Notes under the pieces: generated by a model
What the model was told of the DNA's origin: nothing
What the model saw: only the letters and a program-made list of their open reading frames with translations
Databases searched by the model: none
Shown here: positions 30,726 to 41,348 of the stretch, piece by piece
Layout: each line of letters starts with the position of its first letter
How positions within the stretch are numbered: the first letter of the stretch is position 1
Translations under genes and position numbers: made by a program
DNA from: Bacteroidales bacterium
GTDB lineage: Bacteria; Bacteroidota; Bacteroidia; Bacteroidales; NBLH01
Assembly (NCBI GenBank): GCA_050296515.1
Contig: JBNKRJ010000051.1
Coordinates: 51,192 to 115,191 of the forward strand
Reading direction: 5' to 3'
Length of the DNA stretch: 64,000 nucleotides

Positions 30726-31155
30726 ATTCTAAAAATATTTTCACTATTCTAATTCTGACAAAAATATCAAATATTTAGATTTTAAATAAGCTATTAGCAT
30801 TTAATTATGATTCGTTTTAAATTAAATACACTTACTAAACCGCTATTTCTCAATCGATTGAAACTTTAAAACTCTAAAAAGATGAAGGATGAATAATTCA
30901 TCTTCTTTAACATCCTTATCCTATAATTAGAATCTTTTAACTAATTATATTCTAAATATTTATTAATTTAGCTGAGTTAAATTAGCTAATCATCCCTGAA
31001 GATTTATTAAAATTTCAACATTTACTTGATGTCAAGTTATGATTACATTTTTGACTAGCGAATAATTGGCATTTATTTTGTAAATTATAATTAGAAATTT
31101 TGATCAAAAATTTTTGTTAATTCAGAAAAAAAAACCATTTTGTCAAAATCTTAAG

Positions 31156-33972
31156 ATGTTGATAAAGATTCTTCTAAAATATAGACTGATTTTAATGTTA
31201 TTGCTCGGATTATTTTTTTCGAGCCAACAAAGGCTTTCTGCGCAATTGAGTGATAAGGAAAAGGCCCAATGGATTATTATTAATATTGCACAAAGCACCA
31301 ACTGGACAAGCGAATCTTCTATAAGAAATTACACAATTGCAACCTTTGGCTATTCAGGCGTTTATACTGAGCTTGTTAAACTCTCCAGCAAGAACCTAAT
31401 TAAAGGAAAAAGTTTCAAAGTTGAGCAATACAAGAGGGTTAAAGACATTGGTCCCGCTCATATTTTATATGTTCCCCAAAGTCAATTTGAAAATCTTCAG
31501 AATATTCTTGACAAACTTACCTTGAACACACTACTAATTACTGATGAATGTCCTTTTCCTGTTTACATGATCAATTTTACCGGTGGTAAATCAGAGAAAA
31601 AAATTGATATTATTTCAAGAAAAGCGAAGCAAGCTGGCATTAGTTTTAATGATAAATTAATTGAAACTGCTGGTAGTGAGGAGGATCTTAAAAGGCTTTA
31701 TTCTTCAACTGAAAAGAAATTACAGAAAGAAAGATTGGAACTAGAGCAACAGAGAGAAGAATTTAAAAAGCAGGAAGAAGAATTAGAACGTTTGAAAATT
31801 GCCAACCAAAAGGAGATTGAAGAAAACAAGAGGCAAAAAGAAATAAATAAACAGCAAAAAGTAGAAATTGAAGAACTAAAAGTTGAACAGGAACAGCAAC
31901 GAATTCACCTACAAGAAGTAGAAGAAAATCTTTCTATTCAACAACTTAAACTTGATTTTAATACTAAGGAACTAAAAAAGCAGGAAGGAAGGATTAAATC
32001 TCAATTAGATTCTGTAGAAAAAAGCAGGGCCGAAATTGCTAAACAGGATGAAGAGATAAAGAAAAATCAGGAACTTATTGCAAAAAAAGATACCAACATT
32101 ACAGAACAAGGTGATCAAATTAAGTTTCAAAGGCTAGTTATGGCCGGATTTACTATTTTATTAATTTTTATTATTGTATTAGCTTACTTTATTTGGAGAG
32201 GTTATAAAGTAAAACAAAAAATTAATGATGAGCTACGAGATAAAAACGATGCCATCAATAAACAAAGAGAGGAAATCTTTAATCAAAATCAGCAAGCTGA
32301 GCTTCTAAGCAAAGAGCTTGAAAAGTTGTCTATTGTTGCAGCTCAAACAGATAACTCAGTTACCATTATGGATAAAGATGGTAATTTTGAATGGGTAAAT
32401 GTAGGATATACAAGAACATATGGATATACCTTGCAACTACTTAAAAATGAGAGAGGTGAAAATCTTCTTGAAGCCAGTACCGAAGAAAGAATCAGAGAAA
32501 TCTTTGAAAAATGTAAAAGAGAGAAAAAAACGCAGGTTTACGAAACCCTAAATAAAACCAGAGCAGGTAAAGACCTTTGGATTCAGATTAGTTTAACACC
32601 AATTCTTGATGCAGAAGGAAATATTAGTAAAATGATTACTATTGGTACTGATGTTAACCGAATTAAAAAAGCAGAAAAAGAAATTCGGGCCCAGCACAAA
32701 AAAATCCTTGATCAATCAAAACAGTTAGAAGCGACCAATAAAGAACTTGAGAAATTGTCACTTGTAGCAAGTGAAACAGACAATGCTATTTCAATTATGG
32801 ACGCAGCTGGAAATTTCCAGTGGATTAATGATGGCTACTCAAGATTATTTGGATATTCATATAATCAGTTAGTTACTGAATATAGTGGAAATATTATCAC
32901 AAAAGGCTTAAGCCCTGACGTTAAAGCACTCATAAAAAAATGCATTGAACAACAAGTTCCTGTCTCTTACCAAAACTACAGAAGTACACGAGAAGGGAAG
33001 AAAATCTGGGTGCAAACAACCTTAACACCAATTACAGATAAAGAAGGAAATCCTCGAAGCATCATATCTATATCGCAAGATATAAGCCAGTTAAAAAAAG
33101 CCGAGCAAGAAATAAGGCAATTAAGTGAAGAACTTATGACTCAAAAGGAAGAATTAGTCATACAAAAAGATCACGCTTTACAACTGAATGAAAACATATT
33201 AGCCAGTATTGGTTATGCTAAGACCATCCAGTCTGCCATTCTTCCTCCCGAGCTCGCTACTAATAAAGATTTTGAATCATTTATTATCTACAAACCCAAA
33301 GATATTGTTTCTGGAGATTTTTATTGGCACTCATATCTTCCTGCGAAAAATGGAGGAAAAGGAAAACATTTTATTGCTGCTGTTGACTGTACCGGTCATG
33401 GTGTTCCTGGGGCATTTATGTCTATGATTGGAAGCCGTTTGCTAAATGAAATTGTTAAAGAAAAAGGAATTGACAAACCAAGTCAGATTCTGGACAGGAT
33501 GAACAATCAAATCAAGCAGGTTCTCAGGCAAGAAAAGAATGAAAATAATGATGGTATGGATGTTTGCCTTTGTTCTTTAGAACATGTACAAAATGGCACA
33601 ACAAAAATGGTATTTTCAGGAGCAAAACGTCCACTTTATTTTTATAGAAGAAAAGAACAATCACTTAAATATATCAAAGGAACACGAAAGACAATTGGTG
33701 GGACACAAGCCAAAAGAAATACTGAGGTCTTCACAGATCATGAAATACTTCTAGAAAAAGGGGACCTTTTATATTTAACTACTGATGGAATAATAGACCA
33801 ACCTTCTCCTGATAGAGTTAGGTTTGGAAGTATGCGGTTCATTCAATTGCTTAATGCAATTGCAAACAAAACGCCAGAAATGCAAAAGCAGGCAGTAGAA
33901 GAAGCCATGCTACGATACCAAGGCTCTGAAGAACAAAGAGATGACGTCACTTTCATTGGGGTTAAAGTTTAG
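31156..33972 (+). CDS. YfiR(DUF4154)-like sensor - coiled coil - TM - 2xPAS - SpoIIE/PP2C phosphatase
   Basis: Signal peptide; long E/K/Q coiled coil; TM; two PAS repeats; PKDIVSGDFYW, DCTGHGVPGAFMS, DGMD, TDG, QRDDVT. Confidence 0.85.
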   Translation: MLIKILLKYRLILMLLLGLFFSSQQRLSAQLSDKEKAQWIIINIAQSTNWTSESSIRNYTIATFGYSGVYTELVKLSSKNLIKGKSFKVEQYKRVKDIGPAHILYVPQSQFENLQNILDKLTLNTLLITDECPFPVYMINFTGGKSEKKIDIISRKAKQAGISFNDKLIETAGSEEDLKRLYSSTEKKLQKERLELEQQREEFKKQEEELERLKIANQKEIEENKRQKEINKQQKVEIEELKVEQEQQRIHLQEVEENLSIQQLKLDFNTKELKKQEGRIKSQLDSVEKSRAEIAKQDEEIKKNQELIAKKDTNITEQGDQIKFQRLVMAGFTILLIFIIVLAYFIWRGYKVKQKINDELRDKNDAINKQREEIFNQNQQAELLSKELEKLSIVAAQTDNSVTIMDKDGNFEWVNVGYTRTYGYTLQLLKNERGENLLEASTEERIREIFEKCKREKKTQVYETLNKTRAGKDLWIQISLTPILDAEGNISKMITIGTDVNRIKKAEKEIRAQHKKILDQSKQLEATNKELEKLSLVASETDNAISIMDAAGNFQWINDGYSRLFGYSYNQLVTEYSGNIITKGLSPDVKALIKKCIEQQVPVSYQNYRSTREGKKIWVQTTLTPITDKEGNPRSIISISQDISQLKKAEQEIRQLSEELMTQKEELVIQKDHALQLNENILASIGYAKTIQSAILPPELATNKDFESFIIYKPKDIVSGDFYWHSYLPAKNGGKGKHFIAAVDCTGHGVPGAFMSMIGSRLLNEIVKEKGIDKPSQILDRMNNQIKQVLRQEKNENNDGMDVCLCSLEHVQNGTTKMVFSGAKRPLYFYRRKEQSLKYIKGTRKTIGGTQAKRNTEVFTDHEILLEKGDLLYLTTDGIIDQPSPDRVRFGSMRFIQLLNAIANKTPEMQKQAVEEAMLRYQGSEEQRDDVTFIGVKV

Positions 33973-33976
33973 ATTT

Positions 33977-34930
33977 TTAAAGAAAATCTTCATTTTCAAA
34001 AACAGATTGTACTACCAAATTCAACTTTTCAACTGATTTTGCTTTTTTTATTAGTTTCAACACCTTATGACTATTGGTAAAAGAAATGGAAAAATATTCC
34101 CACAAATTCTGAATTTTACCCAGCAAGTGTCCAGGTCCTGAGAGTGAAACATTGTAATAGTTGTATAAATCATCGTAAAATGCAGAAAATCGCGTCTTCT
34201 TACTTTCATACCCAGTCTTTTTTAAGAAAATAAGTTCTTCTACTAAAAAGGGATTTGCGATAAGCCCTCGACCTATCATCCAATGCTTGATGTCACCAAA
34301 TCTGTTTTTCAAAACCTGAAACGAGTTAATATCCTTTATATCACCATTATAAGCAATATTACCTTGATAAAGTTCCAAACTTTTTTCGACTATGTTTGTA
34401 TTTGCAAAACCTTTATACATTTGTTTTGCAATACGCGGATGAATAATTAGCTCTTTTACGGGAAATTGGTTTAAAATTGGCAACAAACGTAAAATTTCCT
34501 CCTCACTATCATAACCTGCCCTCAATTTAATTGATATATCACATTTTATCTTTGGAAGAGCATTTTCCAGGATGTTACAAATAATTTCGGGAAAGGGCAA
34601 TAACCCTGAACCAAGTTTTCTTTTTGCAACCATAGGGTATGGGCAACCAAGGTTCCAGTTAATTTCAGTATAACCTAAACCCGACAAATAATTAACAAGA
34701 AAAACAAAGTCTTCTGTATTATTACAGAGAATCTGTGGAATCACGTTTACACCGACATTGTTTTCTGGCAAAACATCAACTATTTGAGCTTTTTTTATTG
34801 TTTTATCGTTTTGAAGTCGCAGAAATGGAGTGTAAACTTTATCGACCCCATCAAAATGATCACAGATTAATTTTCTGAAAGTAAAGTCTGTTATTCCCTG
34901 AAGCGGTGCTAGCGAAAAAACATCAGCCAT
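33977..34930 (-). CDS. tRNA-dihydrouridine synthase family protein
   Basis: LAPLQGITD, NWNLGCP, GSGLL, IHPR, YNGDI, MIGRG. Confidence 0.9.
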   Translation of the reverse strand: MADVFSLAPLQGITDFTFRKLICDHFDGVDKVYTPFLRLQNDKTIKKAQIVDVLPENNVGVNVIPQILCNNTEDFVFLVNYLSGLGYTEINWNLGCPYPMVAKRKLGSGLLPFPEIICNILENALPKIKCDISIKLRAGYDSEEEILRLLPILNQFPVKELIIHPRIAKQMYKGFANTNIVEKSLELYQGNIAYNGDIKDINSFQVLKNRFGDIKHWMIGRGLIANPFLVEELIFLKKTGYESKKTRFSAFYDDLYNYYNVSLSGPGHLLGKIQNLWEYFSISFTNSHKVLKLIKKAKSVEKLNLVVQSVFENEDFL

Positions 34931-34954
34931 ATAACATTAATAATACAAAACAAT

Positions 34955-35911
34955 TTAATTTACACCAAAGGATTGCTTGATATCACTTCCAAAAGAACCT
35001 ATTGTTTCTATTAACGTACCCTTTTCCTCATTCTCAGCGGTAATTTTAATCATTTGCGTAAACCAATCTGTTCCACTAAAATTATTAGCCTCATCTTTAG
35101 GTATTTGCTTTTCTTGCAATGTGAGACGCAAGGTTAAAAAATCAATTCGGATAGCTGACAAAAACTGCTCTCTGTAAAAACGACTTGTTGATTTTATGGG
35201 AAACAAAAACCTGATTCCTTTTTCCTGTGATAAAATAAGTAAGATATTTTTATCTTCCGGAGCATGTACAACTAATGCTTTTTCCTCTACAGGCAAAAGA
35301 GCCCTTCCAAATTCTTCAAGTATTCCAATCTGTTGCATCAAATAGCCAGTATAAACGGATTCATAATCTTCCTGAATTTCATAAATCGATTCCAAAATTT
35401 CCTTTGTATCTGATTTAGTAAAAGTAGTTTCGTCTTCCCCGGACCACCACATAGCATATTCATCATTCAAGCTCGCCTCCTTATCAATTCTAAGATCAGA
35501 AAGACGCAAAGTTCTGGTTGACTGAATCTTACCAAATACTCCAGTAATATCAAAGCTGGTAAAATAAATAGCATTAGGGTAAGCAGTGTATTTTATTTTT
35601 AGTAAAGCATCATTGTATTTTTTAGCATCTTCTTCATCATAAATAAAGAAAACTGAATATCCTATGTTTTCAGAGGTAAAGACTATTGGCACCTGCAATG
35701 CACCTTCCTCTAATAAACTGATATACATTACTGAAAAATCGAAGCTAAAACCATTAGTATCACAAAACTCTTGTAATTTTGAGATAGCCAAAATAGCATC
35801 AACTCTAAGTTGTTTTGAATTACTTACCTGGATATTTTTAAAACCATAAATTTCTGCATTGGTAGAAAAAATATCTGAAGAATATCCATTCTGATTGTCG
35901 CCCATTTTCAT
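34955..35911 (-). CDS. Hypothetical protein
   Basis: 318-aa ORF co-oriented between neighbours; no motif recognised. Confidence 0.6.
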   Translation of the reverse strand: MKMGDNQNGYSSDIFSTNAEIYGFKNIQVSNSKQLRVDAILAISKLQEFCDTNGFSFDFSVMYISLLEEGALQVPIVFTSENIGYSVFFIYDEEDAKKYNDALLKIKYTAYPNAIYFTSFDITGVFGKIQSTRTLRLSDLRIDKEASLNDEYAMWWSGEDETTFTKSDTKEILESIYEIQEDYESVYTGYLMQQIGILEEFGRALLPVEEKALVVHAPEDKNILLILSQEKGIRFLFPIKSTSRFYREQFLSAIRIDFLTLRLTLQEKQIPKDEANNFSGTDWFTQMIKITAENEEKGTLIETIGSFGSDIKQSFGVN

Positions 35912-35983
35912 TATGGTAAAATCACTTGAAATGGCTAAAGGTAGCTAAATAAAATTTGATAGGCAATTATGAATAGTTTAAGA

Positions 35984-36532
35984 TTATTCGTCTTCTTCAA
36001 TTCGTTCAACTAATTGCCAGATAGCATTGTCAAGATAAATATCATTTTCTGCATCTCCTACATTGAAAGCAGTAGCTGTTACTGCACCCAGAAATTTCAT
36101 ATTAAGAGCCGTAAATGTTCGCCTGAATTGTTCAATAGTCAGATCACAATCACCAGGCCCTGAACCAGCAGGTAATAATAAAGCTCCACGCTTTCCGGAT
36201 AGTCTCTTATTTCCAAAATAAGGCCGTAAACGATCAACGACCAGCTTTGTTTTTGCTGTAGGACCAAACCAATAAATTGGTGTTGCAAAAATTAGAACAT
36301 CACAAGTATCAATTTTTGGGTAAATCTGCTGCATTCCATCATTTATTTTACACACCATTTCACCCTTTTTGCAAACCCGACAATCAGTACATGTATCAAT
36401 CTGATAATCATACAAATGCTGAATATCGACTTCATATAATTCGGGATTAAGTTTATCTTGCAATCTATTTGACATGCTTACAGAATTTCCGTTTTTCCGC
36501 GGACTGCCAATTAAAATCAGAATCTTCTCCAT
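35984..36532 (-). CDS. Flavodoxin / iron-sulfur flavoprotein (NADPH-dependent FMN reductase family)
   Basis: GSPRKNGNS, CTDCRVC.....C, ATPIYW, DRL. Confidence 0.88.
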   Translation of the reverse strand: MEKILILIGSPRKNGNSVSMSNRLQDKLNPELYEVDIQHLYDYQIDTCTDCRVCKKGEMVCKINDGMQQIYPKIDTCDVLIFATPIYWFGPTAKTKLVVDRLRPYFGNKRLSGKRGALLLPAGSGPGDCDLTIEQFRRTFTALNMKFLGAVTATAFNVGDAENDIYLDNAIWQLVERIEEDE

Positions 36533-36695
36533 ACGAAAGGTTTTTAGGCAGCCAAAAATAAAATATTATAGAAAAATGTCAAAAGTAATCGTATTAAATT
36601 GATAATAAGTTTTTACGTACTGTTTTGTCTAAAGTATTGCCATTTCTTATTATTTATTATTTTTGCGTTGCAAACCATAAAAAACAAAAGATAAA

Positions 36696-37310
36696 TTGGC
36701 AGTATCAATTAATATAAGTGCTCTTACAGATGAGCAAATTATTGATGAATACAAAAAGACTTCAGACAAAAGCTGGATTGGAGAACTGTACAAAAGATAT
36801 ACCCGTTTTGTTTTTTTGGTTTCGATGAAATACCTAAAGAATGAGGAACGTTGCCAGGATGCTGTAATGCAGATTTTTGAGAAACTCTTCAGTGATTTTC
36901 ATAAACATCAAATTGAAAAATTTAAACCCTGGTTGCACACTGTTACCAGAAACCATTGCTTGATTTTACTACGTAAAGATCAGTCGGTGCTGCAAAAAGA
37001 AAAGAAATTTCAAATTGAGCAGGATCTTTTTATGGAAACCGAAGATGATTTGCATCTTGATAATACAAACGATAAAGACAAACAAATTAGTTGTCTTAAA
37101 GAAGCAATTTTAGAACTAAACCAAGAGCAAAAGGTATGCATTGAGATGTTTTACCTACAGGAAAAATCGTATAAAGAAATAGCTGATGAAACAGGTTTCT
37201 CTGAAAAAAAGGTGAAAAGTTATATACAAAATGGAAAACGCAATCTTAAGATAAAATTGATGAAAATGACAGCTGGCCTACTTTTATTGATATACCTGAT
37301 GGTTAGCTAA
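36696..37310 (+). CDS. ECF sigma-70 factor
   Basis: LYKRY, DAVMQIF, WLHTVTRNHC (region 2); SYKEIA...VKSYIQNGKRNLK (region 4). Confidence 0.92.
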   Translation: MAVSINISALTDEQIIDEYKKTSDKSWIGELYKRYTRFVFLVSMKYLKNEERCQDAVMQIFEKLFSDFHKHQIEKFKPWLHTVTRNHCLILLRKDQSVLQKEKKFQIEQDLFMETEDDLHLDNTNDKDKQISCLKEAILELNQEQKVCIEMFYLQEKSYKEIADETGFSEKKVKSYIQNGKRNLKIKLMKMTAGLLLLIYLMVS

Positions 37311-37355
37311 AAGAAATGAACAGAAACCAACGAATGACAAAGCTTGGATAACTAA

Positions 37356-38666
37356 ATGAGCGACAATAACTTACATAAAATCTTTGCAGATACAGCTTGT
37401 GTTTCGACCGAGATGATGATAGATTACCTGGATGGTAAACTTTCAGAGAAGGAGAAAAACAAAGTTGAAGTTCATATTGCTTCCTGCGAAATGTGTCGTG
37501 ATGAGTTTGAAGGCTTATCGTTACTTGAAGATAAGTCAAAAATAACTGCAATTGTAGTTGACTTAGATGAAAAAATTGATAAAAGAATTAACGAAGAAGG
37601 AAAAAAAATTCCTCTTTTTAGGAATGTATACAGAATTGCTGCTGCCATCATAATATTAATTTCATCTACTTGGTTTATAAGCTTATATGTAGATTCAAGC
37701 GTAAGTAATATGGATGAATCTGTTGTCTCGCAGGCAATGGATGAAAAGTCAGAAACTGATGATGGTTTTGTTGCAGACAAGGAACCTAAAGTGGAAGAAC
37801 AGCAGGAAATAACTGTAGAAAGAAATCAAGATAAAAAGGAAAACATTGAAAGTACAAAGGTTAAAGAAACAACCTCAAACGAAAAATTATCGGAAACCAG
37901 AAGTGAATTAAAAACTACAGTAGCTAAAGAAGACAATTACGAGATAGAGACAGAAGTTTCAGAGAAAAAAATGGAAGAAAAAATTCCTGTTGAAGAATAT
38001 TCAGCAAGTGTAAATGATAAAATTATTGTTACTGAAGACAAATCAAAAAATAAAAGTGAAGCTGGTTTAGAAAAAACAATTGTTAAAGATGAACAACAGA
38101 AACTAGACCAGCTTGATGATCTAAGAGAAGATGAAAACGAAGAAGTAGTTGCAGAATATGCAGCTATTGAAGATGCTCAACTTGATAGGAAAGCAACAAG
38201 AGGTGATAACAGACGAAACCGTCTCTTTAAAGGAAAAGAATCAAAGAAAAGATCAGAAGCCGCCGGAACTGGAATAACAAACACTACAGCTATTGATAAT
38301 TTTGAGCAGGCAATGGCAAAATACAATGAACGGGATTATAAACAAGCTGTTGAATTATTCAAGAAAAGTCTTGATGTGCATTCAAATACTGATGAAGTCC
38401 ATTTTTACCTTGCTAAAAGCTACTCAAACTTAAATGATACTGAAAACGCTTTGGTCAATTACAATAAAGTGATTGCAATGATTGAAAGTCCATACTATGA
38501 GGATGCACTGTGGAACAAAGCTCATTTATTAATGGAGCTAAATAAAAGAAAATCAGCAATTAACTCATTTAATCAAATTAAAGATGGAAAAGGTATTTAT
38601 TCTGAAAGAGCTGTAAAAATTATTGATTCGTTAAACAGGACTATTTCAGCTGAAGAAGATAAGTAA
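37356..38666 (+). CDS. Zinc-binding anti-sigma factor (zf-HC2) with TM, charged linker and C-terminal TPRs
   Basis: HIASCEMC (HxxxCxxC), IAAAII TM, TPR-like C-terminus; directly downstream of the ECF gene. Confidence 0.8.
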   Translation: MSDNNLHKIFADTACVSTEMMIDYLDGKLSEKEKNKVEVHIASCEMCRDEFEGLSLLEDKSKITAIVVDLDEKIDKRINEEGKKIPLFRNVYRIAAAIIILISSTWFISLYVDSSVSNMDESVVSQAMDEKSETDDGFVADKEPKVEEQQEITVERNQDKKENIESTKVKETTSNEKLSETRSELKTTVAKEDNYEIETEVSEKKMEEKIPVEEYSASVNDKIIVTEDKSKNKSEAGLEKTIVKDEQQKLDQLDDLREDENEEVVAEYAAIEDAQLDRKATRGDNRRNRLFKGKESKKRSEAAGTGITNTTAIDNFEQAMAKYNERDYKQAVELFKKSLDVHSNTDEVHFYLAKSYSNLNDTENALVNYNKVIAMIESPYYEDALWNKAHLLMELNKRKSAINSFNQIKDGKGIYSERAVKIIDSLNRTISAEEDK

Positions 38667-38693
38667 GTTAACCACAATTTTGTGTGTTTTATT

Positions 38694-38737
38694 CAGGTGA
38701 CAACACCTGACTAGTGCACCAGCCAGGTGTTGTCACC
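38694..38737. repeat. 14-bp perfect inverted repeat between convergent genes (REP-like or bidirectional terminator)
   Basis: GGTGACAACACCTG (38696-38709), 14-nt spacer, CAGGTGTTGTCACC (38724-38737). Confidence 0.75.
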
Positions 38738-38784
38738 CAGTTAATTACTCAAAATATCACACTTTAAATAATGTAAATTGAAAA

Positions 38785-39441
38785 TCATCCATTTTTGCTT
38801 ATTTCCTTTAATTTCTCCAATCCTAATATCACTATTTCTTTCCCTTCCAACTTTACCAAATTCTCCTTCTCAAATTCTTTTAGAAAACGGATGGTGCTTT
38901 CGGTTGAAATAGCAGCAAATTCGGCTAAATCCTGGCGGGATAAATATTGAAAAATACCATCATATTTAAATTCAGCTCCGGATAAATATAGTAAAGCAGT
39001 AGCAAGTTTTCCTCGCATTTGCTTATGCGAGAGGTTACCAATAATTTCGATTAACTTCTTTTCAACCTGATAGTTCCGCGAAGTAACTTCCATTGCGAAA
39101 TCAGGGTTATTTTTTAAAAGCTCGCCCAAGCCATTTTTATCAATCATACAAATTTCAGCATCCGTTAATGCTAATGAAGAGTAGGTATAAACCTCTTCGC
39201 CAAAAACTGAAGAAAACGCCAAAAATTCACCAGGTTTTGCTATTCTTAAGTTAATTTGCTTTCCATATCCGGTTTGCAGAAATACTTTAACCAATCCATT
39301 TAGAATAAACATTACATATGGAGCAAAAGCACCCTGCTTAAATATATTTTCACCACTAAAATAGCTGATTTGCTTCTTTTGATGTCGCAAAAACTCCTGC
39401 TCATCAATTGATAATCCCTTAAAACAAAAACCTGAATCCAT
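38785..39441 (-). CDS. Crp/Fnr family transcriptional regulator
   Basis: cNMP-binding beta-roll (GENIFKQG, GLVKV, PGEF) and HTH LSRQDLAEFAAISTESTIRFLKEF. Confidence 0.92.
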   Translation of the reverse strand: MDSGFCFKGLSIDEQEFLRHQKKQISYFSGENIFKQGAFAPYVMFILNGLVKVFLQTGYGKQINLRIAKPGEFLAFSSVFGEEVYTYSSLALTDAEICMIDKNGLGELLKNNPDFAMEVTSRNYQVEKKLIEIIGNLSHKQMRGKLATALLYLSGAEFKYDGIFQYLSRQDLAEFAAISTESTIRFLKEFEKENLVKLEGKEIVILGLEKLKEISKNG

Positions 39442-39703
39442 TTAATTTAATTTAATTTAATTCATCTACCTTTAACGGCGTAACTTATAGTAATTTAGCA
39501 AATTGCTCGAAGCACGGAAACAGAAAATCGAAGTAAAGACTTCAAAACAAAAAAAGGACTACTTCCCACTTCAGTCTTCTGACTATATTATTTGTGTTTG
39601 CAAAGGTACTAATTGAACTTTCTTTTCCGCTATAAAATCATTGATTTTGCATGAACCCTATCGTGATTATTTCAAATAGAACTATCATTTGGCAGCCAAA
39701 AAG

Positions 39704-39780
39704 TTGAAAAAAATCAATTGAAAGTCAGGAATCGTACAGTACTGATTTATTGTACAATAGTGGTTATATAAATAATTTTG
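39704..39780 (+). promoter_or_regulatory. FNR/CRP-like box and Bacteroidota -7 promoter element upstream of the SQR operon
   Basis: TTGAA-AAAA-ATCAA at 39704-39717 (one mismatch to TTGAT-N4-ATCAA); TAATTTTG at 39773-39780. Confidence 0.55.
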
Positions 39781-39799
39781 CAGTGTAAAATTAATACAA

Positions 39800-40150
39800 A
39801 TGAGAAGGATTGTTATTCCTGTAGAAAATAATAAACTAAGTGAACATTTTAACAGATGCTCTCTCTATTTAATTGTTGAGATTTATAAGGAACACATTTC
39901 CATGAAAGAATACAGAAGCTCAAGAATAAATGATAACGAAGAGCTTGTAAACTGGTTAATAAACATTAAAGCCAGTGATATTGTTACGTATAATATTGAT
40001 AAAGAAGTGGTTAATGCATTAATTAATACCAAAATCAGCTTGTTTGTTGGCATTACAATTAGTAATCCAAACGTAATTGTAGAGAATTATTTGAATGGAA
40101 AATTAAAATCTGATTTAAAAATGATTGGCGCATTAACCAATTCAAAATAA
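39800..40150 (+). CDS. NifB/NifX-like (dinitrogenase FeMo-cofactor-binding fold) small protein
   Basis: MRRIVIPV...LSEHFNRC...YLNGKL pattern. Confidence 0.7.
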   Translation: MRRIVIPVENNKLSEHFNRCSLYLIVEIYKEHISMKEYRSSRINDNEELVNWLINIKASDIVTYNIDKEVVNALINTKISLFVGITISNPNVIVENYLNGKLKSDLKMIGALTNSK

Positions 40151-40168
40151 AAGAATAGCGAAAGTAAA

Positions 40169-41338
40169 ATGAAGAATTTTTTAATACTTGGAGGTGGGTT
40201 TGCAGGAATAGAAGCTGCAATTAAGCTTAGAAAAAAAGGCTATAATGTAACACTGGTTTCAGAACGTGAGTATTTATTTATTTACCCCATATCTATCTGG
40301 ATTCCAACAAGAACTCTGAAATTTAAAGACAGTACAATACCTTTAACCCATTTCAGAGAAAAACATGGATTTGAATTAATTATTGATGTTGTAGAAAACA
40401 TTGATGCTGCAAATAAAAAAGTAAAACTAAAAGGGCAGGAACTTGAATTTGATTATCTATTTATTGCCCTGGGCATGAGTAAGTTTCGACTAAAAGGGAT
40501 TGAAAATACTCTTTCAATTTGTGGTGCTCCCGAACAGGCAGAATTAATTGGTGAAAAGCTTGATAAACTCGTTAGTAAAGGGGAAGGAAAAATAGCCGTA
40601 GGTTTTGGAGGCAACCCAAAGGATACTAAGGGGACAGGTTTAAGAGGGGGGCCCGCATTTGAGTTGCTTTTCAATATCAGCACCTATTTAAAGAAAAAAG
40701 GTCTTTTGAATAATTTTGAACTCAACTTTTTTGCCCCGATGGCAGAACCAGGAAAAAAAATGGGAAAGAAAGCACTTGCTAATCTCTCAAAATTTTTCAA
40801 ACATTACAGAGTAAATGAACATATTGGCAAGAAAATAATTGGATTTAACAAAGGAGAGATACAATTTGAAGGTGATAAAACCTTGCAAAGCGACTTAATC
40901 GTTTACATCTCTGGAGGTGAAGGACATGATCTATTGAAAGACACTGGTCTCCCTTTAAGTGAAGCAGGTTTTATCAAAACACTACCAACGTGCCAGGTAG
41001 AAGGATATCCAGAGATTTATGCTATTGGCGATTCGGCAGATTTGATTGGACCAGCCTGGGCTGCTAAGCAAGGACATTTAGCGGAAATAATGGCTGATAC
41101 AGCTACATATAACGCTCATAATCAAATAATTGGTTCTGGAAAGACAAAAAGTTATGTTGATAAAGTAAGCATTGTTTGCTTAATGGATTCAGGAAATGGC
41201 GCAGCATTAGTATCACGAAGTGATAAAAAAGAAAGTATGCTAATGCTTCCTATTGTTGGTCATTGGTTAAAAAAGGCGTGGGGCTTTTATTATAAAAATT
41301 CAAAACTAAAAAGAATGCCAAGGATTCCTGGCATGTAA
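40169..41338 (+). CDS. sqrF: Sulfide:quinone oxidoreductase, type VI (SqrF-like)
   Basis: LGGGFAG; IYPISIWIP; TLSIC; GFGGNPKD...RGGPAFE; FFAPMAEPG; AKQGH; IVCLMD; amphipathic C-terminus. Confidence 0.78.
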   Translation: MKNFLILGGGFAGIEAAIKLRKKGYNVTLVSEREYLFIYPISIWIPTRTLKFKDSTIPLTHFREKHGFELIIDVVENIDAANKKVKLKGQELEFDYLFIALGMSKFRLKGIENTLSICGAPEQAELIGEKLDKLVSKGEGKIAVGFGGNPKDTKGTGLRGGPAFELLFNISTYLKKKGLLNNFELNFFAPMAEPGKKMGKKALANLSKFFKHYRVNEHIGKKIIGFNKGEIQFEGDKTLQSDLIVYISGGEGHDLLKDTGLPLSEAGFIKTLPTCQVEGYPEIYAIGDSADLIGPAWAAKQGHLAEIMADTATYNAHNQIIGSGKTKSYVDKVSIVCLMDSGNGAALVSRSDKKESMLMLPIVGHWLKKAWGFYYKNSKLKRMPRIPGM

Positions 41339-41348
41339 TTGTAACCAA

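Noticed and set aside
39800..40150. NifX-like gene as evidence of nitrogen fixation
   Set aside because: The fold is widespread outside nif clusters, and no nifHDK genes are present.
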